This document shows, in pieces, positions 48,212-58,898 of a stretch of DNA of 64,000 bases. The stretch is from a bacterium (GTDB taxonomy: Bacteria; SAR324; NAC60-12). Location of the stretch: positions 4,128,001-4,192,000 of the forward strand of contig OZ242383.1 in the NCBI GenBank assembly GCA_965209155.1, given 5' to 3'. The notes beneath the pieces are model-generated. The model saw nothing but the letters and a program-made list of their open reading frames with translations. It had not been told where the DNA came from and made no database searches. A program made the translations under genes and the position numbers. Positions within the stretch are counted from its first letter, which is position 1. Each line of letters starts with the position of its first letter.

Positions 48212-48769
48212 ATGAAAATCACACTGGCAGGGGTTCCCGGATCAGGAAAATCGACACTACGACGTCTTCTCGCCAATCACTTTCACCTCACCGTCAAAGG
48301 AATTGGTGATTTCATGAGAAGCATTGCTCTCCAGTCCGGATTTGACGACATTACAAAATTTTTAGTGGAGCATGTTTCAAACCATCCGGAAATAGATCGT
48401 GAAATCGATGAAGAACAAAGACGATTTGGCGTAGAGAATCAAAACTTCGTCTTGGATTCTCATTTGGGATTTTTATTTGTGCCGGACTCTATTAAAATAT
48501 TTCTAAAATGCCATCCACAAGTCGCTGCCCAACGTATTTTTAGCGCCAAACGAGTTACGGAGGCTGCGCAAGACCTGCATTCAGTGATGTGTGCTAATCG
48601 GCAACGCATCCTGACTATGAAGTGCAATTTCAAGAAACTGTATGATGTGGATTGTTATCAAGAGTCGAATTTTGACTTTGTTCTCGATACTACCAATTTG
48701 AACCCTGCAGAGGTATCGAAACATGCTGTCAACTTTATCGAATCTTACGTGAAGTCTCCCAAGCAGTAA
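48212..48769 (+). CDS. Short cytidylate kinase-like NMP kinase
   Basis: ITLAGVPGSGKST, GDFMR, IDREID, VLDSHLG, AAQRI, LDTTNL. Confidence 0.75.
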   Translation: MKITLAGVPGSGKSTLRRLLANHFHLTVKGIGDFMRSIALQSGFDDITKFLVEHVSNHPEIDREIDEEQRRFGVENQNFVLDSHLGFLFVPDSIKIFLKCHPQVAAQRIFSAKRVTEAAQDLHSVMCANRQRILTMKCNFKKLYDVDCYQESNFDFVLDTTNLNPAEVSKHAVNFIESYVKSPKQ

Positions 48770-48895
48770 CGAAGAACTGTATTCAAAACCGGACTCTCTG
48801 CATTCGCAAGCTCAAATATAGATCTTTTTTTTATACGGATTTGACTAAAAATAATCTTGTATTTTAAATTTCGAATGCTAGCATTTCGTAACTGT

Positions 48896-48973
48896 CGGGG
48901 TATAGCGCAGTCTGGCTAGCGCACCTGCTTTGGGAGCAGGGGGTCGTCAGTTCGAATCTGACTACCCCGACCA
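48896..48973 (+). tRNA. tRNA-Pro(TGG)
   Basis: CGGGGTATAGCGCAGTCTGG...CCTGC-TTTGGGA-GCAGG...GTTCGAATC...CCCCGACCA. Confidence 0.96.
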
Positions 48974-49097
48974 GATTCTACGGGCCTTCCAGAAGATCTT
49001 CATTTTCCTGTTTTCTCTTCTACTGACCAAATATTATCAATTTAGTAACTATGTAACTATTCGGGTCACTGAAAAATCCGTTCAGTTAAATATCATT

Positions 49098-49175
49098 AAA
49101 AAAGATTCCCGGAGAGGACCGATCGTTTTCAAGTCCTCCCACGATATGGTTCCATCGACCGGGAACCCTCTTTTT
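49098..49175 (-). ncRNA. Candidate structured RNA motif, copy 3
   Basis: GAGGGUUCCCGG/CCGGGAAUCUUU closing stem, CGAU..AUCG hairpin, GGAGGAC/GUCCUCU hairpin. Confidence 0.45.
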
Positions 49176-49591
49176 CACTAAAACAACATTGTGAAGGTAT
49201 GGTTTTAACACTTCTACTACTTACGCAATGTCAACCCCCAAATGAAAAAAATGCAGGATTCGTAAAAAAAATGAAAAATCTATCAATCAGGGAGATCCGC
49301 TTCTTTATGATCATGAGCCAAAAAGCGAAGGTTCACTCCACAATCCAGTGTTTTTTCCAATGGCGATAATGATCGTAAACGCTTTGCCAGGGAGGTAAAT
49401 CAGAGTGCTGAGCGCTCTTGCTTTCAAGGCTCTCGTTCTTTTTCAAAGAGTTGACAGGCTTCTTGAAGAGCCTCGAGGTGGGGAATCGATGAGACAATAA
49501 ATTCACTTGAGGAACCAGGAAATAATGATTAGAGTCAACTGCTGTCTTTCATTGAAAAGAGGAGCCGTGGGATATCCTCCCTGATCCATCG

Positions 49592-52500
49592 ATGTCAAAG
49601 CCGGATTCCATCCATTTTCCAAATTCCCGGGCAAGGTTCATGTTGGTATTGGAAAAACTTTGGGAAATGCTCCCCGCCGTGATGTTGAAAGATCAATGGC
49701 GTTTCCGAGTTCGCATACGACGTTTGCAAGGATATGAATCCGGAAAAGGCAGGCAGCGTGAGTACGAGCGGTTGCTGAAAAATATGGAGGCTTCAGCAAA
49801 GCTCCGCCAAGAGCGTCTTGAGCAAATTCCAAGGATTTCATACCCTGAAGAACTCCCCATCACTTCATACCGGGAGAGCATTGTTTCCGCCATTCGGGCG
49901 CACCAGGTAGTGATCGTTGCCGGAGAAACCGGTTCCGGAAAAACGACCCAGCTTCCCAAAATGTGTTTGGAAGCCGGTAGAGGAGTTTCCGCCAGAATTG
50001 GCTGCACCCAACCACGGCGAATTGCAGCCACTTCCATGACCCACCGTATCAGCAACGAATTGAATTCAGAAATCGGTAATGCCGTGGGTTATAAAATTCG
50101 CTTTTCTGATTCTTTGTCTCCCCATACTTTCATTCAAATGATGACGGATGGGATCCTTCTCAATGAAATCCAACAAGATCGATTTCTCAATGCTTACGAC
50201 ACGCTCATCGTGGATGAAGCCCACGAACGCTCCCTCAACATCGACTTTCTTTTGGGATACCTGAAACGATTGTTGATGAAACGGCCTGATTTAAAATTGA
50301 TCGTCTCTTCCGCCAACCTGGACATTCCCCGTTTTTCAAATGCCTTCTCCCGTGTTGGGTCACCTCCGGTCCCTGTTATTGAGGTTTCCGGACGGCTTCA
50401 TGCGGTTGAAGTTCAATATCGGCCTGTTGACGAAAAACTCGAAGAACAGGGGGAACAGACCATCTGCGATGCTGTTGTGGAATGTATCCGGGAAATCCTC
50501 GACACCAGTTGGCAAGGAAATATCCTCGCTTTCTTGCCCGGTGAGCAAGAAATACGCGACGTATTGGGTCGCCTCGAATCATTCAGGCAACCCGTGGAAT
50601 TTTTGCCACTTTATGGACGATTGAGCGATCGGGAACAAAATCGTATATTTCAAAATACGACTCGAAGAAAGGTAATCGTTGCCACCAACATTGCGGAAAC
50701 CTCACTGACCATCCCGGGTATCCGCTACGTCATTGATTCCGGGCTTGCGCGTATCAGCCGTTATAGCAACCGTTTCCACACCCAACGTCTCCCAGTGGAA
50801 GTCATCTCCAAAAGCAGCGCGAATCAACGCAAAGGACGAGCAGGACGGGTACAATCCGGAGTATGCATCCGTCTCTATTCGGAAGAAACTTTCAACAAGC
50901 TACCGGAATTCAGCGATCCGGAAATTCTTCGCGCTTCTCTGGCAGAAGTCATTCTGCGCATGAAGTCACTCAGGTTGGGAAACATCCGCGACTTTCCTTT
51001 CATCGATCCCCCGTCTTCTGCGGCAATACGGGAAGGAATCACTCTTTTGAAAGAATTAGGCGCCCTCGATCATTCCGGAAAATTGACAACGCTGGGAAGA
51101 GAAATGGCACGTCTGCCCATAGAACCCCGAACCGCTCGCATGCTTTTGGCAGCTCGTCGGGAACAGGCGCTTTGGGAAGTGCTGGTAATCGCCTCTGCCA
51201 TCTCGATTCAAGACCCCAGAGAATATCCTCTGGAAAAAATCGAGCATGCCCGGCAAATGCACGGCTTATTTATTGATAAAACTTCAGATTTCCTGACGCT
51301 GCTCAATATCTGGAAAAAATTCCACGAAGAATGGGAATTGATTAAAAGCGAAAACAAGATGCGTAAATTCTGTAAACAGCATTTCCTCTCATTCGTTCGC
51401 TTGCGTGAATGGCGCGATATTTTTCGTCAGTTGAGTATTATCCTCAGTGAATTGCCGGACTTCCACCTCGAAGAAGAGTTCAGCAGTTATCGTTCGATCC
51501 ATGTGGCTATTCTTTCGGGTTACCTGCATCAAATCGCCTTGAAAAAAGAGAAAAACCTTTACCAGGCGGCGGGTGGCAAAGAGGTTTTGATTTTTCCAGG
51601 ATCCGGAATATTCAACAAGGGCCGTTCTTGGATTGTGGCGGCGGAATTCGTGGAAACCTCTCGCTTGTATGCTCGCAGGGTGGCCAACATAGAAGTCGAT
51701 TGGCTGGAATCCATTGGCGACAATCTATGCCGTCGATCTTACTCGGAACCTCATTTCGACCCTGATTCCGGCAGTGTGATGGCATATGAGAAAGTCACCC
51801 TGCATGGCCTGGTGATCGTTCCGCGGCGACACGTGTTTTATGGAAAAATCAATCCTGTCGAGGCAACTGCCGTCTTCATAAAGGAAGGATTGGTGGAAGG
51901 GAGACTCCACACCCATCATTCTTTCTTCAATCATAACCTGGCCTTGAAGCGTAAAATGATCCGAAATGGCACCAAAATGAGACGTGACTATGAATTCGAA
52001 GTAGAAGTTGCCATGGAAGATTTTTATTCCAGACGGCTTTTCAATATTGTCTCACTCCACGATTTGAACGGATTGCTCAAACAAAAATCTAAGGAGGGCG
52101 ATCCTGATTTTCTCTACATGACGGAGGAGGATATCGCCCCCAGCTCCTGGGTTTCTCCCCCTGCGGAAGGATTCCCCGATTATTGGATCATCGGTGAACA
52201 TCGATTGAAACTGGAATACCGGTTTACCCCGGAAAAAAACAACGATGGCGTCACTCTCCATGTCCAGGAAAATTTGTTGCCATACCTCGACCCTTATGCT
52301 TTGGATTGGCTCGTCCCCGGACATTGGGAAGAAAAAATCCTCTACCTGTTGAAAGGATTACCCAAAAGACTGCGAAAACAACTCATCCCCCTGCCAAATA
52401 CCGTACAGACGATCATGCAGGAAATGAAGTTCACTCCTTCCAGTTTTTTAACGGCATTGGCAACTCATGTTCAAAAAAAATTTAACCTGCCCATCACCCC

Positions 52501-53578
52501 TGATGATTGGGATGAACGACGAGTGCCGCAATATTTGAAAATTCGCCTGGAAATCCGAGACTGCCAAAACAGACTGGTATCGCATGGACGAAACGTCGTG
52601 GCACTTCTCAAAGAAGGACAGAAACGCATTCGAGAAAAAAATAAGACTGAAAAATTCTTAATTGAACTTCCACAATGGAAAGAAGTTGCGCTTCGATGGG
52701 AACGGAAGAACATCACCAATTGGTCATTTGATAGTCTGCCCCAACGCATCACCATCCCCACCGCCAATGGCGTGCCTTTGTTTGCGTATCCAGGATTGAA
52801 AGCGGACGAGGATGGGATCCACCGTTATCTGTTTCATCATCAATCAGATGCCCGACGCTTCACAAAAACAGCGTTGATGAAATTGTTGGCCCTCAATGCC
52901 GGTTCGGAAATCGCATGGCTGGATCGAGATTTATTGGAATTGCGAGCATTGAAAGAACTCTATCATCCTTTTGGAAATGTGGAACAATTGAAAAAACAGG
53001 CCAAGATTATTCTCCATGAATATCTGTTTAAAGTCCATTGGATTGAAACCAAGGAAGAATTTTTCGCAAAACTCAATCAAGCTCGACATCAATCCAAAGG
53101 GTTATGGCCGCGTTTCAAAAAAGAACTGAAAGGAATTTTGCAACAATATGCTGAAACCCGCCACACGTTGAACAAGTACCTGGCCACCCCCGCATTGGAC
53201 GAATATTATCAAGAGCTTGATCTTCATCTCAACGAGTTGATGCCCCCTGATTTCATTCAATCCACTTCCTTTTTCCAATGGCGGCATATTCCACGCTATT
53301 TGAAAGGAATCAGCATTCGGGCTGAACGGTTGGTGCTCAACCCTGTCAAAGATCATGAAAAATCGGAAAACCTGGCCTCTTATCAGGAACTCTACCTGAA
53401 ATTACAAAGACAAGAAAACCTCTCGCAGTCTCAAAAAATCGCCCTGGAAGAATTGCGTTGGATGCTCGAAGAATTCAAAGTCTCTTTGTTTGCCCCTGAA
53501 CTGAAAACCGCAATTCCCATCTCCGGCAAACGGTTGGACAAGTTTAAGGAAAAACTCCATCTCCCTGTTGAAATTTGA
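49592..53578 (+). CDS. hrpA: ATP-dependent RNA helicase HrpA
   Basis: GETGSGKTTQLPK, TQPRR, DEAHERS, ATNIAETSLT, QRKGRAGR, C-terminal RWMLEEFKVSLFA. Confidence 0.95.
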   Translation: MSKPDSIHFPNSRARFMLVLEKLWEMLPAVMLKDQWRFRVRIRRLQGYESGKGRQREYERLLKNMEASAKLRQERLEQIPRISYPEELPITSYRESIVSAIRAHQVVIVAGETGSGKTTQLPKMCLEAGRGVSARIGCTQPRRIAATSMTHRISNELNSEIGNAVGYKIRFSDSLSPHTFIQMMTDGILLNEIQQDRFLNAYDTLIVDEAHERSLNIDFLLGYLKRLLMKRPDLKLIVSSANLDIPRFSNAFSRVGSPPVPVIEVSGRLHAVEVQYRPVDEKLEEQGEQTICDAVVECIREILDTSWQGNILAFLPGEQEIRDVLGRLESFRQPVEFLPLYGRLSDREQNRIFQNTTRRKVIVATNIAETSLTIPGIRYVIDSGLARISRYSNRFHTQRLPVEVISKSSANQRKGRAGRVQSGVCIRLYSEETFNKLPEFSDPEILRASLAEVILRMKSLRLGNIRDFPFIDPPSSAAIREGITLLKELGALDHSGKLTTLGREMARLPIEPRTARMLLAARREQALWEVLVIASAISIQDPREYPLEKIEHARQMHGLFIDKTSDFLTLLNIWKKFHEEWELIKSENKMRKFCKQHFLSFVRLREWRDIFRQLSIILSELPDFHLEEEFSSYRSIHVAILSGYLHQIALKKEKNLYQAAGGKEVLIFPGSGIFNKGRSWIVAAEFVETSRLYARRVANIEVDWLESIGDNLCRRSYSEPHFDPDSGSVMAYEKVTLHGLVIVPRRHVFYGKINPVEATAVFIKEGLVEGRLHTHHSFFNHNLALKRKMIRNGTKMRRDYEFEVEVAMEDFYSRRLFNIVSLHDLNGLLKQKSKEGDPDFLYMTEEDIAPSSWVSPPAEGFPDYWIIGEHRLKLEYRFTPEKNNDGVTLHVQENLLPYLDPYALDWLVPGHWEEKILYLLKGLPKRLRKQLIPLPNTVQTIMQEMKFTPSSFLTALATHVQKKFNLPITPDDWDERRVPQYLKIRLEIRDCQNRLVSHGRNVVALLKEGQKRIREKNKTEKFLIELPQWKEVALRWERKNITNWSFDSLPQRITIPTANGVPLFAYPGLKADEDGIHRYLFHHQSDARRFTKTALMKLLALNAGSEIAWLDRDLLELRALKELYHPFGNVEQLKKQAKIILHEYLFKVHWIETKEEFFAKLNQARHQSKGLWPRFKKELKGILQQYAETRHTLNKYLATPALDEYYQELDLHLNELMPPDFIQSTSFFQWRHIPRYLKGISIRAERLVLNPVKDHEKSENLASYQELYLKLQRQENLSQSQKIALEELRWMLEEFKVSLFAPELKTAIPISGKRLDKFKEKLHLPVEI

Positions 53579-53634
53579 TTGTCCGAACCTTTACGGAATC
53601 CGTGTTTTCTTACACTCAGTCCAGTGAATCAGGA

Positions 53635-54196
53635 GTCATCACCACCGGCAGAGCCGGTGGCTTGAAGAGGCCCCCAGTATGAGGGCAAAACGTGTTCGTC
53701 ATCGTAAGACGTGCTCGTGCTCGTGAACGAAAAAGGCTGCCATCTTAGATCATGAAAAACTCGATGTATACCAATGTTCCATCGAATTTTTAGCGTTGTC
53801 TGTCCAAGTCATCGAAACATTGCCAAAAGGATACTCAGCCTTAGTTGACCAACTGAAAAGGGCCTCATGGTCGATTCCTCTCAATATCGCAGAAGGCTGT
53901 GGAAAAAATTCCTTTCCTGACAAGCAACGATTCTATGCATTTGTCCGAGGTTCCGCAATGGAATGCGCTGCTATTCTCGATGTTTTAAACGTGTTGAAGA
54001 TCATCCAGCCTCCTTTATTTGACGAAGGGAAACAGTTACTTCATCGCATTGTTTCTATGTTAACCAAAATGTGCCGTCGAATTCACTGACCGTTCACGAG
54101 CACGAGCACGGCTCACGGACACGGATACGTTTCTCATGTCTGACCGGCAAAGCCTATTAGGTTCGCACCAGCAGAGCTGGTGGTTTAATGAGATTA
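53635..54196 (-). mobile_element. Non-autonomous IS200/IS605-type element carrying a four-helix-bundle gene (copy C)
   Basis: 562 bp. Same ends and TAAT target as copies A and B. Confidence 0.8.
53742..54089 (+). pseudogene. Four-helix-bundle protein, start codon mutated ATG>ATC
   Basis: Colinear with copy B; ATC at 53742-53744. Confidence 0.8.
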
Positions 54197-54208
54197 ATTA
54201 CAAAACGC

Positions 54209-54252
54209 GTCATTCCTGTCCCGGATCAAGTCCGGGATGACCAGGAATCCAG
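54209..54252. repeat. REP-like palindrome
   Basis: GTCATTCCTG-TCCCGGATCAAGTCCGGGATGA-CCAGGAATCCAG, same core as at 22903. Confidence 0.75.
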
Positions 54253-54473
54253 CGGGACTTGTTTCGTATTCAGGCAAGCAAATATTCTGGAATCTCCAGG
54301 AAACCAAAAGAATTTTGACTTGCTTCAAAGCATATGAAATAATTTTCATGAAGGGAATTTTTACAAAAATTGCAATTCCGTGAATGGAAACGAGGTTCTG
54401 AAGATTTTGCGAAAGAACCAAGCATTCTTTACAGAGTCTTTTTCGTTGTAGACTTTGCGAAGGCAGGCAAACG

Positions 54474-55490
54474 ATGATCAGACCAGGCCCTAAAAACTTA
54501 ATCACCGACGTACCGGGGATCCGGGTGGGAAATGTGGATTCAACGGTTTGGAGAAGCGGTGTGACCAGCATCGTTCCAGAAAAACCGGTAGTGGCAGCCG
54601 TTGACGTCCGCGGTGGGGGACCGGGAACACGTGAAACGGATGCCCTCGATGCAGGATGTCTTGTCGACAAGATTCATGCGATCGTGCTCGGAGGAGGATC
54701 CGCTTTCGGACTGGCTGCCGCCGACGGCGTGATGTGCAACCTTGCGCAACAAAAAATCGGATTTCAACTGGGAAGCGCTATTATTCCCATCGTGCCTGCA
54801 GCCATCCTCTTTGATCTTCTCAATGGCGGGGATAAAAACTGGGGAAAGCGTCCTCCTTACTTCGACATGGGATGGCAGTCGGTGGAAGTATTACGGGATT
54901 CTTTCATGCTGGGCAACGTCGGAGCGGGAATGGGTGCTATCGCAGGCGCTATCAAGGGAGGATTGGGTAGCGCATCCTTTATTTATGATCAAGGATCGGA
55001 GGAAGTGCGCGTCGGTGCTTTGGCTGCGGTGAATTCGGTGGGATCCGTTACCATTCCCGATAGTCCGGTCATGTGGGCAGCTCCCTATGAACAGGACAGT
55101 GAATTGGGAGGGCAAGCAACCATTGATCAGCATTATCAAATGCATCTCGATTTCACTTTCCCTGGTTCGGAAGGAACCCATACCACGTTAGTAGTCGTAG
55201 CCACCAATGTTTCCCTGAACCAATCACAAGCCAAAAGGATCGCCATCATGGCCCAGGACGGTCTGGCACGAGCCATCCGACCCGTCCATTCGCCTTTTGA
55301 CGGTGACAGCGTATTTGTCATGTCCACAGCGGAGAAAAAACTCCCCAATCCTGTCACAGATCTGGCGAAGCTGGGTATGTTGGCTGCCGATTGCGTCACA
55401 AGAGCCATCGCTCGTGGCGTCTTTGAAGCTGAAACACTGGGGGATTGGGAAAGTTATCAATCTCGCTATGGCTCTTCTCTGAACGAATGA
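54474..55490 (+). CDS. DmpA-like P1/S58 family aminopeptidase
   Basis: ITDVPGIRVG, DVRGGGPGTRET, GGSAFGL, G-T-H-TTL cleavage region, AQDGLARAIRPVHSPFDGD. Confidence 0.9.
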   Translation: MIRPGPKNLITDVPGIRVGNVDSTVWRSGVTSIVPEKPVVAAVDVRGGGPGTRETDALDAGCLVDKIHAIVLGGGSAFGLAAADGVMCNLAQQKIGFQLGSAIIPIVPAAILFDLLNGGDKNWGKRPPYFDMGWQSVEVLRDSFMLGNVGAGMGAIAGAIKGGLGSASFIYDQGSEEVRVGALAAVNSVGSVTIPDSPVMWAAPYEQDSELGGQATIDQHYQMHLDFTFPGSEGTHTTLVVVATNVSLNQSQAKRIAIMAQDGLARAIRPVHSPFDGDSVFVMSTAEKKLPNPVTDLAKLGMLAADCVTRAIARGVFEAETLGDWESYQSRYGSSLNE

Positions 55491-55507
55491 TCAAAAGGAG
55501 CATCGCA

Positions 55508-56998
55508 ATGATATTGAAACGAACCATCAAAGGATTATTGATGGTAGTCGGTCTGGTAATATTCACGCCATTGGTAATGGCAGCAAAAACCCAACTCACG
55601 ATGGGAGTCGTCTTGGAACCTCCCCACCTGGACCCAACAGCTGGTGCCGCCGCCGCCATTGATGAAATCGTCTACGCCAACGTGTTCGAAGGATTGACGC
55701 AAATTGATCAAAACGGCGTCGTACAACCCTCGCTTGCCAGGAGTTGGACCATATCAGAGGATCAATTGACATATACGTTTCGCTTGCATGACGGTGTGAG
55801 ATTTCACGATGGCACGGAGCTGAATGCAGACGATGTGATTTTCTCCCTCGAGCGCGCCACTGCGGAAAACAGCGTAAATGCTCAAAAAAGACTTTTTGAA
55901 CCCATCGCCCGGGTAAAAAAAGACGGAACCCACACGATCATCATCACTTTGAAACGTCCCACTGGAAATTTCCTTTTCAACCTGGGGTGGGGAGATGCGG
56001 TCATCATTGCACCTGAAAGCGCAAGTCAGAATAAATCCCGGCCTATCGGTACCGGGCCATTTAAATTCAGCAAATGGAGCCGAGGGAGCCACATTGAACT
56101 GGTCCGTAACGAGCGCTACTGGGGCACGCCCGTCCGTCTGACGAATGCCATATTCAAAATCATTCCCGACCCTGCCGCCGCCGTGGCTGCCATGTTGGCC
56201 GGGGACGTCGATGCTTTTGCCAATTTTCCGGCACCAGAAAGCCTGCTGCAGTTCCAGACCGACCCACGTTTCCGGGTAGTGATCGGCAACACGGAAGGTG
56301 AAACCATTCTTTCTATCAACAATGCCGTCGTTCCCTTCGATAACCGCAAAGTCCGGCAGGCCATTGCCTATGCTTTAGACCGCCAAGCCATCATTGACGG
56401 CGCCATGTTTGGCTATGGTATACCCATTGGTAGCCATTTTGCCCCCCACCATCCGGCTTACATTGATTTGACGGGACGTTACCCTCACGATTTGGAAACA
56501 GCCAGGCAATTGATGAAAGAAGCAGGTTATGCCAATGGCTTCGAGGCCACCATCAAGCTACCCCCTCCCAGCTACGCTCGGCGTGGCGGAGAAATCATTG
56601 CCGCTCAACTAAAAAAAATCGGCATTGAATTGGAAATCATTCCGGTGGAATGGGCCCAATGGCTGGATCAAGTCTTCAAGAAAACTGATTATCATTTAAC
56701 CATTGTTTCCCATACCGAACCCATGGACATTGGAATCTATGCCCGTGATACATACTATTTCAATTACCACAATGCGCAATTTCAAGCCCTGATGCAGCAA
56801 CTCTCCGAAACCGTTAGCACCCAAAAACGCTATGCCATTTTGGCAGAAGCGCAAAAAATGATCACGGAGGACGCGGTCAATGGTTTTCTGTTCCAATTGG
56901 CCAAACATGGAGTTTGGAATAAAGAGGTCCGGGGACTATGGGAAAATAGCCCGGTACAGGCCAACAATCTCACTCAAGCGTATTGGGCGAATGAATAA
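55508..56998 (+). CDS. Peptide ABC transporter substrate-binding protein
   Basis: RBS AAGGAG, signal peptide, EPPHLDP, LARSW, FHDG, IGTGPF. Confidence 0.93.
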   Translation: MILKRTIKGLLMVVGLVIFTPLVMAAKTQLTMGVVLEPPHLDPTAGAAAAIDEIVYANVFEGLTQIDQNGVVQPSLARSWTISEDQLTYTFRLHDGVRFHDGTELNADDVIFSLERATAENSVNAQKRLFEPIARVKKDGTHTIIITLKRPTGNFLFNLGWGDAVIIAPESASQNKSRPIGTGPFKFSKWSRGSHIELVRNERYWGTPVRLTNAIFKIIPDPAAAVAAMLAGDVDAFANFPAPESLLQFQTDPRFRVVIGNTEGETILSINNAVVPFDNRKVRQAIAYALDRQAIIDGAMFGYGIPIGSHFAPHHPAYIDLTGRYPHDLETARQLMKEAGYANGFEATIKLPPPSYARRGGEIIAAQLKKIGIELEIIPVEWAQWLDQVFKKTDYHLTIVSHTEPMDIGIYARDTYYFNYHNAQFQALMQQLSETVSTQKRYAILAEAQKMITEDAVNGFLFQLAKHGVWNKEVRGLWENSPVQANNLTQAYWANE

Positions 56999-57001
56999 GG
57001 G

Positions 57002-57955
57002 ATGAGTTTTTTTTTATTGAAACGGTTGATCTCCCTGGCCCTTTCATTGATGGTGGCCAGTTTGGTGATTTTCGTCGTCCTGGAAATCCTTCCGGGCGAT
57101 CCCGCCTCCTTTATGCTGGGATTGGAGGCACGGGAAGACACTTTGGCTGCCTTGCGAACGCAACTGGGATTGGATAAACCCGCAATTCTTCGCTATTTCA
57201 ATTGGATCAAAGGCTTATTGAGTGGTGACTTGGGGATGAGCTACACTTACGACGTCCCCGTTTCCGAATTGATCCTGGAACGCGTGGTGGTCAGCCTCCC
57301 CCTGGCGCTTTTTGCGATGTTCCTCTCCATATCGATTGCTATTCCTCTGGGAGTGCTTGCCGCTTCCCGCCATAACAAAATCCAGGACTTGATCATCATG
57401 GGTCTTTCCCAGCTTGGCATCGCCATCCCCAATTTCTGGTTTGCCATGTTGCTGACGATCGTTTTTGCTGTCGTCTTACAATGGTTACCTGCCGGCGGAT
57501 TCCCCGGATGGGATGCCGGACTGGTTCCGGCTTTGATTGCTTTTGTGATGCCGACCATCGCCTTGGCGCTGCCGCAATCGGCGATCCTGGCCCGAGTGAC
57601 CCGCTCTGCCCTGTTAGACGTGCTGCAGGAAGACTATATGCGCACCGCTCGTGCCAAAGGGCTCAGCCAGGGTGCCGCTCTTTGGCGCCATGCCCTGCGC
57701 AATGCGATGATTCCGGTTGTCACAATTCTGGGTCTGCAATTTTCCTTTCTCCTGGCAGGAACCATCATTATTGAAAACGTCTTTTACCTTCCCGGCATCG
57801 GACGGCTCATCTTCCAGGCAATTTCACAGAGGGATTTGATCGTAGTCAAAGATCTGGTGGTATTGCTCTCTGCCACGGTGATTCTCATCAATTTTGCCGT
57901 CGACGTCTTGTATGCCGTGATTGATCCACGACTGAAAGGATTCGACCATGGGTAG
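57002..57955 (+). CDS. Peptide ABC transporter permease (DppB-like)
   Basis: LPGDPA, LGLDKP, PNFW, DYMRTARAKGL, RHALRNA. Confidence 0.93.
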   Translation: MSFFLLKRLISLALSLMVASLVIFVVLEILPGDPASFMLGLEAREDTLAALRTQLGLDKPAILRYFNWIKGLLSGDLGMSYTYDVPVSELILERVVVSLPLALFAMFLSISIAIPLGVLAASRHNKIQDLIIMGLSQLGIAIPNFWFAMLLTIVFAVVLQWLPAGGFPGWDAGLVPALIAFVMPTIALALPQSAILARVTRSALLDVLQEDYMRTARAKGLSQGAALWRHALRNAMIPVVTILGLQFSFLLAGTIIIENVFYLPGIGRLIFQAISQRDLIVVKDLVVLLSATVILINFAVDVLYAVIDPRLKGFDHG

Positions 57956-58796
57956 ACGTCTCCGGGAAGTGCTACGGGAGGGAAGGCACCACCGCAACTT
58001 TATCATTGGTGGATACCTGACTTTGCTTTTTTTTCTGGTTGCCCTGCTCTCTTATGCCTGGACGCCCCATTCCATCGATGACTTTGATATTGCCGCCAAT
58101 TTCTCCTCACCCGATCTTCAATATTGGTTGGGTACCGACCATTACGGTCGAGATGTTGTTTCCATGCTGATGATTGGAGCCAGAAACTCAGTGATGGTGG
58201 CCTTCGTCGCCATCGGCATTGGTGCCGGTCTCGGAGTGCCATTGGGTTTGATTGCTGCTGCAAAAAAAGGCTGGATCGATGAATTGATCATGAGACTCAA
58301 TGATTTCACTTTCGCCTTTCCCGCACTGATTTCGGCGATCATGATTACCGCCATTTTGGGACCTGGAGCTTTGAATTCCATCATTGCCATTGGCATATTC
58401 AATATCCCGGTTTTTGCTCGGGTCACACGGGGTTCCGCATTGAGTATCTGGACGAGAGAATTCATCCTGGCTGCCCGTAGTGCGGGGAAAGGAAGCGCTC
58501 GCATCTCCCTCGAGCACATTCTACCCAATATTTTCAGTATTCTGATCGTACAAGCAACCATTCAATTCGCCCTCGGAATCCTGGCCGAAGCCGGACTGAG
58601 TTACTTGGGCTTGGGGACCCAACCTCCGGTTCCGAGTTGGGGAAAAATGCTGAATGATGCTCAGACCTTGATATTTATTGCACCCCAGCTTGCAGTTTAT
58701 CCGGGGGTTGCCATTGGCTTGACGGTACTCGGTTTAAATCTCTTCGGTGACGGTTTGCGGGACGTCCTCGATCCCAAGTTGCGTCGAAGTCGATGA
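57948..58796 (+). CDS. Peptide ABC transporter permease (DppC-like)
   Basis: LGTDHYGRD, FILAARSAG, HILPN, GDGLRDVLDP. Confidence 0.93.
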   Translation: MGRRLREVLREGRHHRNFIIGGYLTLLFFLVALLSYAWTPHSIDDFDIAANFSSPDLQYWLGTDHYGRDVVSMLMIGARNSVMVAFVAIGIGAGLGVPLGLIAAAKKGWIDELIMRLNDFTFAFPALISAIMITAILGPGALNSIIAIGIFNIPVFARVTRGSALSIWTREFILAARSAGKGSARISLEHILPNIFSILIVQATIQFALGILAEAGLSYLGLGTQPPVPSWGKMLNDAQTLIFIAPQLAVYPGVAIGLTVLGLNLFGDGLRDVLDPKLRRSR

Positions 58797-58898
58797 TTCT
58801 GCGCTCCCGAAATTCTCCCCAGTAACCAAGAAGGAATCGAGATTTCATGAATGCAAATAAACCAGATTCTTATTTTTAACCCGGTTTGATTCAGCCAA

